Assembly (NCBI GenBank): GCA_046314355.1
Contig: JBKBWQ010000001.1
Location: 384,001 to 448,000 of the forward strand
Source of the DNA: Candidatus Altimarinota bacterium
GTDB taxonomy: Bacteria > Patescibacteriota > Gracilibacteria > 1-14-2-50-48-13
Direction of reading: 5' to 3'
Length of the DNA stretch: 64,000 nucleotides
Position numbers and translations under genes: made by a program. The notes beneath the pieces are model-generated. The model was not told the origin of the DNA. It did no database searches and saw nothing but the letters and a program-made list of their open reading frames with translations. Positions 39,728-52,109 of this stretch are shown in pieces. Numbering within the stretch: the first letter of the stretch is position 1; each line of letters opens with the position of its first letter.

Positions 39728-40705
39728 CTATATATTATTAAATTCTTTCTTCAGCTCTTCAATAAAGATGATGATTCTGCTTTTTTCTTCATGTTCAATC
39801 TTCTCTATATCCCTTAGAAATTTTGGTCCGTTCTGTACGAGAGAATGAAAAATTTCTAGTTCCTCATTCTCAGTAAGAGTTTCATACTCAAAAGAACTAA
39901 GAGTATTTCTCCTGTAATAATTTTTTAAGATGTCCGTGAGTTCCCAGGAGCCGCCCTCATAATAACATAAAAACTCTTCAAACAAATTGTGTTCCTTCAG
40001 TGTCTCTATCTGGGATTTAATGAGATCAAGATCCTTATTAGAGATAGATTCAGATATTTCCTGAAAGATCTTTGAACGAATAAGTGATGATTCAGCAATT
40101 TTTACGTTGTCATGTATTACTAGTTCTTTTTGATGTACGTGCTGACTCTCAATCATATGAGTTAATAGCTCAAAAAAATCCCCTGAGATCTCAGAGTCTT
40201 TGGCTAGATTTTCAAAGTACTCCTTGATAGGAGTAATGCTACCCTCGTTAGATTGGACATACCTATGGAAGATATTTCGAAAGCAGTCATAGTTCATAGA
40301 ATCTCCAGTCCCAATGAAGAGCAGTATCTTTATATATAATAGTCTTTGTTCTTCTATGCCATCTCTCTGAGAGAGGTCCTCAATTTGTTTGTAAATTCTC
40401 TTTAGTCCTAACTTTTTGACCCCTTTCCGAAGGATAAATTCTTTTTCATTATCCAGTAATAGAGCATGCTGAATAAGTGTTTCAAGATCATGGAAGGTAG
40501 GAAAAGTATTTTCAATAAACTTATCTTCAAGCATGATATTTTGCACTTTATCCGCTACTGATTTTTTTATCTGTAGGAAATGCTCTCTATTCTTCTTCCT
40601 TACATTCTCTAGACTCATATTTTCAGCAGTGTTCTCTTCTTGTGGGAAACTGTATCCGTTCATAGTATTTTCCAAATTCTCTCCAGCTTCATGTAGAAAA
40701 CTCAT
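39728..40705 (-). CDS. Hypothetical protein
   Basis: 325-aa ORF, no recognised motif. Confidence 0.7.
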   Translation of the reverse strand: MSFLHEAGENLENTMNGYSFPQEENTAENMSLENVRKKNREHFLQIKKSVADKVQNIMLEDKFIENTFPTFHDLETLIQHALLLDNEKEFILRKGVKKLGLKRIYKQIEDLSQRDGIEEQRLLYIKILLFIGTGDSMNYDCFRNIFHRYVQSNEGSITPIKEYFENLAKDSEISGDFFELLTHMIESQHVHQKELVIHDNVKIAESSLIRSKIFQEISESISNKDLDLIKSQIETLKEHNLFEEFLCYYEGGSWELTDILKNYYRRNTLSSFEYETLTENEELEIFHSLVQNGPKFLRDIEKIEHEEKSRIIIFIEELKKEFNNI

Positions 40706-40758
40706 AAGAGCATATTAAAAATTTATAGGAATATACTCCAATTTTTTTGTATGTAAAG

Positions 40759-40790
40759 AAAAAGGGAGAACCCCATGAGGTCCTCCCTTT
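40759..40790 (-). terminator. Intrinsic terminator
   Basis: aaaagggag...ctccctttt hairpin with a T tract on the minus strand. Confidence 0.7.
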
Positions 40791-40802
40791 TGATCATACA
40801 AA

Positions 40803-41303
40803 CTATTTCATATGACTATATTCATCTCTCTTATGAGCTGCCGATGCACCTAAGTGATCTGTTGCTTCTGCAACTTCGTTTTTTGCATCATGCAGAGAAT
40901 TCTTTACATCATGCTTTACGTTATTAGCAGAGTCTTTTGCTTTCTCACCTAGATTTTTCATCTCATTCATCGCTTTCTTACCTGTATCCTCTAGTCTCTC
41001 CTTTGCTTCCTTTGATTCATTAAATAATCCCTCAAAGGTCTCGCTAAGGTTATTCTTTAATTCATTACCCTTTTCTATGAGCATCTCTCCCTTCTCTTTT
41101 GCTGTTTTAGCAAGATTTGTCACATTTTCTTCTGCCTTATTCTTTACATCCTCTGCCTTCTTTGCAATATCATTTCTATTCTCTTTTTTTGAAAGAAAAA
41201 GTGCTGCTGCTCCTACTGCCGCTGCAGCTCCCAAAGCAATTACTTTTCCTGCAACTGAACCAGACTGTGAATGTGTATTGTTTGCCATAGTGTTGTGAGT
41301 CAT
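40803..41303 (-). CDS. YtxH-like general stress protein
   Basis: GAAAAVGAAALFLS.KENR followed by a K/E/A-rich LEA-like coiled coil. Confidence 0.78.
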   Translation of the reverse strand: MTHNTMANNTHSQSGSVAGKVIALGAAAAVGAAALFLSKKENRNDIAKKAEDVKNKAEENVTNLAKTAKEKGEMLIEKGNELKNNLSETFEGLFNESKEAKERLEDTGKKAMNEMKNLGEKAKDSANNVKHDVKNSLHDAKNEVAEATDHLGASAAHKRDEYSHMK

Positions 41304-41452
41304 GAAGTAATATATAAGTATATTCCTTTCTTCTCAGAAATCAACCCTGTAAATATACATAGAACTCATATTCTGCTCTATCAAAGCAGATAGAGCACAT
41401 TTTATTTTTTAAAAAAAGAATAAAATTGAATAAAATTTATAACAGCGTATAA

Positions 41453-42763
41453 TTATAGTTTTGCGCTTTCTTCGTGGATCACTTCCCTATCACTCCACGG
41501 TTCTTTTTTGTCTCCTACCACTCTGCTTGTCTGGTCTCCCATGCCTGTAACAATAACTATATCTCCTTTCTTCGCCTCATTCATAGCAGAAAATATTGCC
41601 TTTCTGCGATCCTGGATCACATGATAGTTCTTCTGTCCCTTCCCCTTTGCTATGCTCTCAAGCATATACAGAATATCCAGAGGATCCTCTGAGTACGGCT
41701 CCTCATCCGTAAAAAATACCTCATCACAAAGTGTAGTGGCAATATCTCCCATTTGCCCTCGCTTTCCTTGATCCCTATCTCCGCACGCTCCAAGTACTGC
41801 TAGAATTTTTCCTCCCTTGCTGCTCTCACGCAGAGTTGTATAGCATTTCTTAAGTGCCTCGGGAGTAACTGCGTAATCTATAATAATAGTAAAATCCTTT
41901 TTAAGATCTATCACTTCCATTCTGCCGGGTACCGCAGTAAGCTGAGGAATATATGATACCGCTTCTTCTGCATTGATGCCTTCCGCCATAACTGCTCCAA
42001 GTGCTGCTGCAATATTATCAAGATTGAAGTTTCCAATAAGATTTGTACGTGTGTGATAAGTCTTATCTCCAATGATCAAATCAAAGCTCTGACCATCTGA
42101 TTCAATTTGGATATTTGTTATATTAATGACAATACTTGCCTTTGAGAGACATGCTGCCCCCTCACCATTCTGGGTAAAGAGAATTTTTTTATCCGTAGGA
42201 AGATCGAGAAGCTCTTTATTATAGCAATCCCGTGCATTAAGTACAAATGTGCGTTCATTAGTCTTATTCTTAGATACGAGCGTAAAGAGCTTCTTTTTTG
42301 CAGCAAAATACTCTTCCATTGTCCTATGATAATCCAAGTGCTCGCGGGAGAGATTTGTAAATACTGCGGTTTTAAATGGTATACCCCAAACCCTGGATTG
42401 CTCTAAAGCATGCGAAGATACCTCAAGTACCGCATGTGTTACTTGCGCGTCCTTCATCTTAGCTAGTAATTTCTGAAGACCAAATCTTCCGAGGGTAGTC
42501 TTATGCGTAGTATTTACAATAGCCTTATCCCCTATCTGAAATGCTACTGTGGATGCCATACCCACATTCTTTCCGGCAAGTCGTAAGAGCTGCATGGTTA
42601 GAAATGTTGTCGTAGTTTTACCATCGGTACCAGTAATACCAATAACATTCATTTCACGGGCAGGTAGTCTAAAGCGAAGAGCTGCAGCCACAGCAATACC
42701 CTTATGGTATATCTTTCTTAGCGGAAATTGATCAGGGATGATTTTTTTGAGGTGCTGAAGCAT
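41453..42763 (-). CDS. murE: UDP-MurNAc-tripeptide synthetase (MurE family)
   Basis: GITGTDGKTTT, EVSSHAL.Q.RV, FTNLSREHLDYH, VPGRME, IDYA, GDRD..KR, EEPYSEDP. Confidence 0.92.
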   Translation of the reverse strand: MLQHLKKIIPDQFPLRKIYHKGIAVAAALRFRLPAREMNVIGITGTDGKTTTTFLTMQLLRLAGKNVGMASTVAFQIGDKAIVNTTHKTTLGRFGLQKLLAKMKDAQVTHAVLEVSSHALEQSRVWGIPFKTAVFTNLSREHLDYHRTMEEYFAAKKKLFTLVSKNKTNERTFVLNARDCYNKELLDLPTDKKILFTQNGEGAACLSKASIVINITNIQIESDGQSFDLIIGDKTYHTRTNLIGNFNLDNIAAALGAVMAEGINAEEAVSYIPQLTAVPGRMEVIDLKKDFTIIIDYAVTPEALKKCYTTLRESSKGGKILAVLGACGDRDQGKRGQMGDIATTLCDEVFFTDEEPYSEDPLDILYMLESIAKGKGQKNYHVIQDRRKAIFSAMNEAKKGDIVIVTGMGDQTSRVVGDKKEPWSDREVIHEESAKL

Positions 42764-42798
42764 AAGATTGTGGCAATAGGAGGTTATTTTGACGTTTT

Positions 42799-42827
42799 TT
42801 GCAAATAAAGCACTTGTATGGTATACT
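42799..42827 (+). promoter_or_regulatory. Sigma-70-type promoter
   Basis: TTGCAA-N17-TATACT with extended -10 TG. Confidence 0.55.
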
Positions 42828-43031
42828 AATACTGGTGAATCGACCCTGACGCCGGAAATGAAATAAATACTTCTTTATTTCAGGGAAAATATCTGAATGT
42901 ACATAACTATTGTACTCATTTTTTTTGATATGAGTAGTGGACTTTGTAACATTCTCCTAATTATATCGTCAGATAAGATGTACAACTTTACTCTACGTCA
43001 ATTGCTCTCTTACGCATTTTTCTTATAATAC

Positions 43032-44060
43032 ATGTATATGATTTCTTTTTCCTTATGTATGAGACGTATTCTTACTTCTGCTCTACTCATCACGATGCTC
43101 GCATCAGTACCGCTTACGGCTTTTGCTGCAAGTAAATTTCAGGATGTTCCTGAAGGCAGTCTCTATTATAAACCAATAGAATACTTTGCTTCCCTTGGTG
43201 TAGTCCAGGGATATCCGGATACTACTACTGGGCTTTCTTATTTTAAACCTGACAAAAACGTAAATAGAGCGGAGGCTATTAAAATAATCCTCGCAGGAGG
43301 AGTAAAACAATATACCTTTGCCACTTCCCTTTCAGAAAATGTATTTCCTGACGTGAAGCCACAAGAATGGTTTGCACCATATGTAAAAGCTGCAAAGGAT
43401 GAAGGTATAGTAAAAGGTAACGATAAAACTGGACTCTTTGAGCCAGGTCGGACTGTAAACAAAGCAGAACTTTTGAAGATGGTATTCCTAGCTAATGCAG
43501 TAGATATCACAAGCATACAGAAAGAAGTCTCAGGAACTGTATCAAATGATGTTTCAAAAAATGCATGGTACTATCCATACATGCTCTATGCAAAGGAGTT
43601 TGGTATTATCTTCCCTGATACTCTAGGAAATTTTAATCCAGGAAAGGAACTTACTCGAGGTGAAGTTATGGAGATAATGTATAACACAGCAAAGATTCTT
43701 AAAGGAGGATTTACGCAGCAGCTTCTCTCTCGTACAGAGGCAAAGATATTTTCTTCGATCACAAAGATTAATCTTCAAAATTATGATGAAGCATTAGCAG
43801 ATATAAACATTGCTAAGGAATATTCAGACCGTGCTCTTCTTGCTTCTCCTAGTGAGACAATCGTTCAGGAAGCCAATAAGATTACTGCCGCCTTTGCACT
43901 TTCTATTGAAGGATTTAAAATCTGGAAAAAAGATGGAAACCTTACACTTGCAAAGACTAAAGCACAGGAAGCAGCAAATCTTGTCGCAAATATAACTGAG
44001 CTCACTGAACTCAAGAAGTCACTGATGATATTGATAAACGCATTGAATAACGCCGTGTAA
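43032..44060 (+). CDS. SLH-domain protein with C-terminal helical/TPR-like region
   Basis: Signal peptide; FQDVP..GVVQGYPD..FKPD.NVNRAEAIK; three SLH repeats. Confidence 0.87.
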   Translation: MYMISFSLCMRRILTSALLITMLASVPLTAFAASKFQDVPEGSLYYKPIEYFASLGVVQGYPDTTTGLSYFKPDKNVNRAEAIKIILAGGVKQYTFATSLSENVFPDVKPQEWFAPYVKAAKDEGIVKGNDKTGLFEPGRTVNKAELLKMVFLANAVDITSIQKEVSGTVSNDVSKNAWYYPYMLYAKEFGIIFPDTLGNFNPGKELTRGEVMEIMYNTAKILKGGFTQQLLSRTEAKIFSSITKINLQNYDEALADINIAKEYSDRALLASPSETIVQEANKITAAFALSIEGFKIWKKDGNLTLAKTKAQEAANLVANITELTELKKSLMILINALNNAV

Positions 44061-44076
44061 ACAAATCACTTAAGCA

Positions 44077-44131
44077 AATAGAGCTGTCGCAGTTAGACTC
44101 AATAATGGGTTTTCACTGCTGCAGCTCTATT
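44077..44131. terminator. Hairpin between convergent genes
   Basis: aaatagagctg...cagctctattt. Confidence 0.6.
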
Positions 44132-44151
44132 TATATTCGTCTCATTCTTTC

Positions 44152-46581
44152 TTACTTTCCATTGTATTGCAGAACAAGATATCCTACTGCACTATGAAAC
44201 TGAGTCATAGCTGAGAGCTTTACTGTGATCGTAATACGGTCACCAGGGGCAAAGACTGGAGCCCCAGCGAATGATAGGTTTGAAGTAACCCATGTATCCG
44301 CAGTGCCGCTTGTAAATGTCGATGGCGTGAGAAGGATAGGCATATTAGCACTATCCGCGAGAGCAATATCTATTTTATTATCAGTAGAATTAGCAGTTTC
44401 TGTTTTATATTCAAGCGTAAATGGTGTTGCCTGGAAAGATACAAAGTCTTGAGGTAACTCAACCTGAAGCTGCAGATCGATATCATTTAATGTACTTTGA
44501 GTTGTAGTCCATTCATAGTAATTTTTTCCATTAACTGTATCTCTTTCAGCATTAAGAGCTCCTTTATTTGCTGTACCATCTTTTGTCACAACTACGCCTG
44601 GGTACTCAGGAGAGAAAGCCATACTCTTTGTACGTGCACTGAGTGCTGAGTACGGAATGTTTGTAATCGTATTTAGAGATCCATCTATCGCTTTATTTAC
44701 GAGAGCCTGCGGAGAAGACACATCAAAGAGCGCACTGAAGATTCCTCCAGCATTGCTCACTTCCCATCTCCCTGCCGCCGCATTATACTTAAGTGTACCA
44801 TCAGGTGAAGTACCTTGATTGGCAATAATATTCACATCATTTGGTGTGCCTGTATTCTGTCCATCAAGCGTAAGGTTTGTACCGCCAATATTCACGTTAT
44901 TTGTGGTATTAAGCTCACCATTTACTTTTAAACTTGATCCAAGATCAAACATATTACTCACGCTATCCCACTTAAGGGATTGGTTTACTGGGGTTCCAAA
45001 ATGAAGAATAATATCCCCGGCAGTATTGTCCTGATTAATAGTAAAATCAGAATCATTTGTACCATTGCCCGTGCCATTATTTACTACCGTAGTAGTCCCG
45101 CCTCCGCTAGTACCTGGAGTAATGTTCACGTATGACGTATTACTGCCTCCCATTTTTTGCCATAGAGTTCCATCGTAAAAGTATGCCATACTCTCACGGG
45201 TATTAAAATACTGCTGACCTTTTACTGGATTTTGAGGCGGTGTATCCTTATTTTCAAGTACCGCATTGATGAGCTGCTTTTGTCCAAAATCTACATTTTT
45301 ATTAAAAGAGAAAAGGCTGTTTGCTGAATTATAAGAAAGACTTCCGAGATCATTACCACCGCCAAATTGAAGGGACCACTTACTCTTTTCAAGATCCCCG
45401 AGTCCTATCGTAAAGGTCGGATTTGCAGTTCCTGAGAGATATCCGTCCCATGTAGCAATCTCATTAAAAATGAGTCCATCACTGCTCACTTCCCATTTCT
45501 TTGTCATTCCATTAAAACGCAGGATAGCATTTTTATCTGATCCTTGATTTGCAACAAGGTCGATCATAGCATTTGGATCTGTGTTCCCTACCCCTATCTC
45601 AAAGGATGTAGAACCAGTACCAGAAGGCATTTTAGAAATCAGTACCTCATCTCCAAATGCGTAAGCCGCTGAAGCATGTCCACTTTCATTCTGAATTTTT
45701 CCATCCTGAATGAAATATCTATCTCCTCCGCTTCTCGGTCTAATAAGCTCAAATCCTTGAGTCAGATCATCAACATTCCGGAGTTCAACCTGTAGATAAA
45801 CATCGTCAGCAGTATAGAGACTGCCTACAGAAGCAATCTTACCAATCTCCACACTAAATTCTCCTTTCTCGTTTGGATGCAGTACCTGTAAGGATTCCGC
45901 TGCTACGTATGAATTACTAATTTGTCTTATACTTCCATCACCGAGCCTATCTCCAATCTTATCAAAAGTAGGTGAATTCCAAAGTGAAGTACGCAGTGTA
46001 AATATACCCGGAAGAGGTTTTCCTGCTTTATCTAAAAGTACACCATCAAGAGTTTCATAATGATCTTTAAATACATTTGTAAGTCTAGAGGTTTCCATAT
46101 TGATTCTTTGTACACCATCCCGTTTAGCATCAAGGTCATAAAGTACATAAGCAGATTCTTCCTCAGACTGACGTTTATACTCTACTTGGACAAAGACATT
46201 TTTCATATCTGCTGGGATCACCCAAGGCGTAAATCTACCGAGAAAAAAGGTACCATTACCTGCATTATCCGCAGTAATATTCTGCTGTTCAACAAAATCT
46301 GCAAACTGGTTATTTTCAAAAAGGAGTCTACCTTGATCCACATCTGATTGAGCAACGGTTTCATTTTTCCAGAAGCTTACTCTCACATGAAGTGATCCAG
46401 AAAGCGGCTGCTTGAGACTATTTGTGAAACGCAGTGAAAGAGGAATCGTAGGAATATCACTCAGGACTTTAGCTTGAGTGAATGGAATCATACCTATAAC
46501 AAACATAGCAAGAATACACACAGATTGTATCCTGCGTAGCATTTTGTTTGTATACAAGTATTGAAGGGTCATGTTTAACAA
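44152..46581 (-). CDS. Large secreted beta-rich surface/fibre-like protein with internal repeats
   Basis: Signal peptide; duplicated R.S.W..VQVE domain; duplicated ANQG...L.(F/Y)N....WEVS..G; P.NPVKGQQYFNT..YDGT.W. Confidence 0.75.
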   Translation of the reverse strand: MLNMTLQYLYTNKMLRRIQSVCILAMFVIGMIPFTQAKVLSDIPTIPLSLRFTNSLKQPLSGSLHVRVSFWKNETVAQSDVDQGRLLFENNQFADFVEQQNITADNAGNGTFFLGRFTPWVIPADMKNVFVQVEYKRQSEEESAYVLYDLDAKRDGVQRINMETSRLTNVFKDHYETLDGVLLDKAGKPLPGIFTLRTSLWNSPTFDKIGDRLGDGSIRQISNSYVAAESLQVLHPNEKGEFSVEIGKIASVGSLYTADDVYLQVELRNVDDLTQGFELIRPRSGGDRYFIQDGKIQNESGHASAAYAFGDEVLISKMPSGTGSTSFEIGVGNTDPNAMIDLVANQGSDKNAILRFNGMTKKWEVSSDGLIFNEIATWDGYLSGTANPTFTIGLGDLEKSKWSLQFGGGNDLGSLSYNSANSLFSFNKNVDFGQKQLINAVLENKDTPPQNPVKGQQYFNTRESMAYFYDGTLWQKMGGSNTSYVNITPGTSGGGTTTVVNNGTGNGTNDSDFTINQDNTAGDIILHFGTPVNQSLKWDSVSNMFDLGSSLKVNGELNTTNNVNIGGTNLTLDGQNTGTPNDVNIIANQGTSPDGTLKYNAAAGRWEVSNAGGIFSALFDVSSPQALVNKAIDGSLNTITNIPYSALSARTKSMAFSPEYPGVVVTKDGTANKGALNAERDTVNGKNYYEWTTTQSTLNDIDLQLQVELPQDFVSFQATPFTLEYKTETANSTDNKIDIALADSANMPILLTPSTFTSGTADTWVTSNLSFAGAPVFAPGDRITITVKLSAMTQFHSAVGYLVLQYNGK

Positions 46582-47144
46582 TTGCGTTTAAGTGGTGCTG
46601 CGATACACCCAAGCCCAAAGGCAAAGAGTAAAAGTAAGGCAAAAGAAAGATACTGTACAAACGTGATAATCTGAGGATTTACTTCTGATGCGCTTGCATG
46701 TGTTAGCATAACTTCACCTTCAGCGATCTGATGAATAGTAGATCGTATTGTAGAGATAATAGGTATATTCTGTAAGACTGCAATGGATATCTCAATTCCC
46801 GAATCAATCGCTTCAGAAGCAGCTTTTCCGCTAGGCGCTGAAGCGTGTACCGGCTCCGCACTCACAGCCTTTACTGATACAGGAATCTTTTTCTTCGGCA
46901 GAATTTTCTTTTGTATTGGACTCTGTACAGGTGATGTTGTAGTTGGAGATACCTGAGTTGTTACAGGGGTTTGTATCACTGTTTTTGGTATGACAGGAGC
47001 CGAGACGGGAGCCTGTGTGTCTCCGGTGATCTGATACGAGGAACTTGAACCTTCTATACTTAAAGCGGATGTGTCCGTAATACTCAGATTTAGCAAGATT
47101 AGAAAACTTATACTAATCCTGCTTATTGTCGTCGCTATAGTCAT
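46575..47144 (-). CDS. Pro/Thr/Ser-rich membrane-anchored protein
   Basis: N-terminal signal, low-complexity linker, C-terminal TM; overlaps the next gene. Confidence 0.65.
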   Translation of the reverse strand: MTIATTISRISISFLILLNLSITDTSALSIEGSSSSYQITGDTQAPVSAPVIPKTVIQTPVTTQVSPTTTSPVQSPIQKKILPKKKIPVSVKAVSAEPVHASAPSGKAASEAIDSGIEISIAVLQNIPIISTIRSTIHQIAEGEVMLTHASASEVNPQIITFVQYLSFALLLLFAFGLGCIAAPLKRNC

Positions 47145-47228
47145 TTGTATATGTATTTTTTATTTACATTATACTATACCATAATTTCGCTATTTTTCAA
47201 AGTATCAAATACACTTTCTTTGGAGATT

Positions 47229-49346
<2,118 letters not shown>

Positions 49347-49415
49347 CTATATTAGCGAGAAGTGTGTTTTAAAGAAAGGGATCTAGAGAAAATAAGATTT
49401 TTATTTCTCAACTTC

Positions 49416-51116
49416 TTATGCTCCAGCTACTCTCATCACCTCTTCAAGTGTAGTCATTCCCTGCATTACCTTCAGAAGTCCATCCTGTTTCATAGTTATC
49501 ATACCTTCTTCCTTAGTCTTTTCTAAAATCTGCTTTGTAGATGCCTCAGTAAGGATCAAGTCACGAATAGCATCAGACATATTGAGTACTTCTATAATTG
49601 CAATCTGACCTACATAGCCGGTACCGGTACATAATGTACAGCCTTCAGGATGATATATAGAAGTTGGTACATCGATCTTGAAATCCTTATATACTTTTCT
49701 AATATCATCTATCACTTTCTGAAATATCTCTTCCTCCTCCTGATTCACAGCAAGTGCTTTTCTACAATGTGGGCAAAGCATACGTACAAGTCTTTGAGCT
49801 ACAATTGCATTGAGCGAAGGAGCTAGCAAAAATGGCTTTACTCCCATATTCAAAAGTCTTGGGATAGTTTCCACTGCTGAATTCGTATGCACAGTGGAGA
49901 GCATGACATGTCCTGTAAGTGCCGCCTGTACTGCCGTCTCTGCAGTCTCAAGATCACGTATTTCTCCCACCATGATCACATCCGGATCCTGACGCAGTAT
50001 AGAGCGTAGACCTGAACCAAATGTGTATCCTTCATCCTCATGTATCTGACTTTGAGAAATATTTGGAAGATGGTATTCCACTGGATCTTCGAGGGTGATT
50101 ACCTTAATCTTTGGAGTACTTATTGTGTTCAAGATTGAGTACAATGTCGTAGTCTTACCAGAACCAGTAGGACCTGTAACGAGGATCATTCCATTTCTGG
50201 CACCAATCGCAAGTTCAAGATGATGATGTGTAATTCCGATAAATCCGAGATCTTTGAAAGGAACAATTCCTTTTTTTGCATCAAGGAGTCGAAGCACCAC
50301 AGTCTCTCCAAACTCTGTAGGAAGTGTCGACATACGTATATCAATCTCTCTATCTGAGAGCTGAAATGCGAACTTTCCATCTTGAGGCACTAATATCACA
50401 TTCATCTTCAGTGCAGATCTGAACTTCATTCTTATTAAGATCTTTCCATATACTGAGATGGGAAATGTAAATATTGTATGCAGTACACCATCGATTCGGA
50501 ATCTCATAGAAACTTCCTTTGATTCAGGCTGCATATGAATATCAGACGCCCCCATCTTTAGTGCTCCAAAGATGATACCGTCGACCGCATCCTCATCCGA
50601 GATATACTCAAATTTGTCCTTCAGCGCTACAAGATCTGCAAGTTCTTTCTCATATTGTTTTAGTGCTTCATCATCATACGCATAGGTCCGTATCTCCTTT
50701 TCTACGATCTTATGAAGATTATAAAGAGAAAGTCCCTGAGCAAGACTCTCCTCAGAGATAAGTACAGGACTGACATGAAGTCCTCTTGCTGTAAGTACGC
50801 TGTAGAGATCCTTATATTCCTGTGATTCAATCGATGGACTTGCAAGTTTGACTTCTTTACCGATCAGGAAAAATGGTACTGCCCGTGCAAGCTCTGCTTC
50901 CTTTGGAGAAATAATTCTCAAGGCATCAGGATTAATAGGTACCATCAAAAGATTGATGTACCCCACTCCCATCTGTTTCGCACGTTCCGAGATCTCTTTT
51001 TCTTTAAAACCAAGATTGATGGAATCAAGACGTGACTGAATAGTCCCCTGTCCTATTCTGGAGATAGCACCGTCACTAGATCCGTGATCAAATTGTGTAT
51101 CGATTGGCTTTGCCAT
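49416..51116 (-). CDS. pilB: Type IV pilus/type II secretion assembly ATPase (PilB/GspE)
   Basis: ASDIH.QP, RFRIDG, PQDG, GPTGSGKTTTLY, EDPVEY, LRQDPDVIMVGEIRD, TGH..LST.H. Confidence 0.88.
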   Translation of the reverse strand: MAKPIDTQFDHGSSDGAISRIGQGTIQSRLDSINLGFKEKEISERAKQMGVGYINLLMVPINPDALRIISPKEAELARAVPFFLIGKEVKLASPSIESQEYKDLYSVLTARGLHVSPVLISEESLAQGLSLYNLHKIVEKEIRTYAYDDEALKQYEKELADLVALKDKFEYISDEDAVDGIIFGALKMGASDIHMQPESKEVSMRFRIDGVLHTIFTFPISVYGKILIRMKFRSALKMNVILVPQDGKFAFQLSDREIDIRMSTLPTEFGETVVLRLLDAKKGIVPFKDLGFIGITHHHLELAIGARNGMILVTGPTGSGKTTTLYSILNTISTPKIKVITLEDPVEYHLPNISQSQIHEDEGYTFGSGLRSILRQDPDVIMVGEIRDLETAETAVQAALTGHVMLSTVHTNSAVETIPRLLNMGVKPFLLAPSLNAIVAQRLVRMLCPHCRKALAVNQEEEEIFQKVIDDIRKVYKDFKIDVPTSIYHPEGCTLCTGTGYVGQIAIIEVLNMSDAIRDLILTEASTKQILEKTKEEGMITMKQDGLLKVMQGMTTLEEVMRVAGA

Positions 51117-51169
51117 GAAACGTAAGAGAAAAATATCTCTTTAGTATACCATACCTACCCTAGAATAAC

Positions 51170-51200
51170 AAAAAAGACCCACGTATTAGGTGGATCTTTT
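51170..51200 (-). terminator. rpsU terminator
   Basis: aaaaagacccac...gtggatctttt hairpin. Confidence 0.7.
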
Positions 51201-51209
51201 CGAAGGGAT

Positions 51210-51419
51210 TTATGCCTTGAACTCTTCTTTCTTTCTAAGTGCTCGATAGTACTCTCGCATAAGAGCTTTTCCTCGCGTCTTTGCTTTCGTAAGAGGCTTC
51301 TCGAATCTCTGATGACGTTTCATATCCATGATATATCGCGCTCCTCGTACCATTTTCTTAAATCTCTGCAAAAGATGATCGTTTGTTTCTCCCTGATTTT
51401 TTCTACAAATTACTGCCAT
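51210..51419 (-). CDS. rpsU: 30S ribosomal protein bS21
   Basis: AAGGAGGTG SD before ATG 51419; GET..LLQRFKK....FEKP pattern. Confidence 0.8.
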   Translation of the reverse strand: MAVICRKNQGETNDHLLQRFKKMVRGARYIMDMKRHQRFEKPLTKAKTRGKALMREYYRALRKKEEFKA

Positions 51420-51509
51420 ATTTTCACCTCCTTTCATGAAATTAGAGATCTAAAGTAGGCTTAGTGTATGGGAAAGAGGACTCTTCGTCAAGAAATTAGT
51501 ATACTTCTT

Positions 51510-52067
51510 CTATGAAAATAAAAGATCTTTCAATGTTCGCCTCTTTTCTTCATTATAGTAAGCAAGCTGAAGTTCTGTTTTAATGTCACTTCCCCTAAAA
51601 TCACTTCTACAGCCAATTTCTAGAAATTCATCAAAACTCACAAGTTTTGTCTCAATCTTCTCACCTGGATCTGGATGAAGTATCCCCGTATTAATACAGT
51701 TTTTTGCAATATAGCAGCTGACAATAAAACGAACACTCATATTCGGCATATGCGAAAAGTGCATACTCCAATCATCAGATTTATATCCCGTTTCTTCAAT
51801 AAATTCTCTCTTTGCCGCTACTAGATGATCTTCTCCTTCATCTACTCTTCCTCCAGGCAATGCGTAAAACCAATCTCTATGAGGCTGCTTCTGGTGCGTC
51901 ACAAGGATTTTATCTCCGACTACAGGTATAATAGTTACTGTATCAGGACGTACAATACATTCAAATATTTCTGTTGAGCCGTCAAACATTTTCTGTTCCC
52001 ACTGATACACGGAGAAGATAGTTCCTTGGAAAACTTTTTTTGCATTTTCAGGAATATTGTGAATCAT
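51510..52067 (-). CDS. NUDIX hydrolase (ADP-ribose pyrophosphatase-like)
   Basis: LPGGRVDEGEDHLVAAKREFIEETGY Nudix box. Confidence 0.92.
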   Translation of the reverse strand: MIHNIPENAKKVFQGTIFSVYQWEQKMFDGSTEIFECIVRPDTVTIIPVVGDKILVTHQKQPHRDWFYALPGGRVDEGEDHLVAAKREFIEETGYKSDDWSMHFSHMPNMSVRFIVSCYIAKNCINTGILHPDPGEKIETKLVSFDEFLEIGCRSDFRGSDIKTELQLAYYNEEKRRTLKDLLFS

Positions 52068-52109
52068 TTTATCGATAAAAAAGAAATATAGTCATCCTCC
52101 TTTACAATA

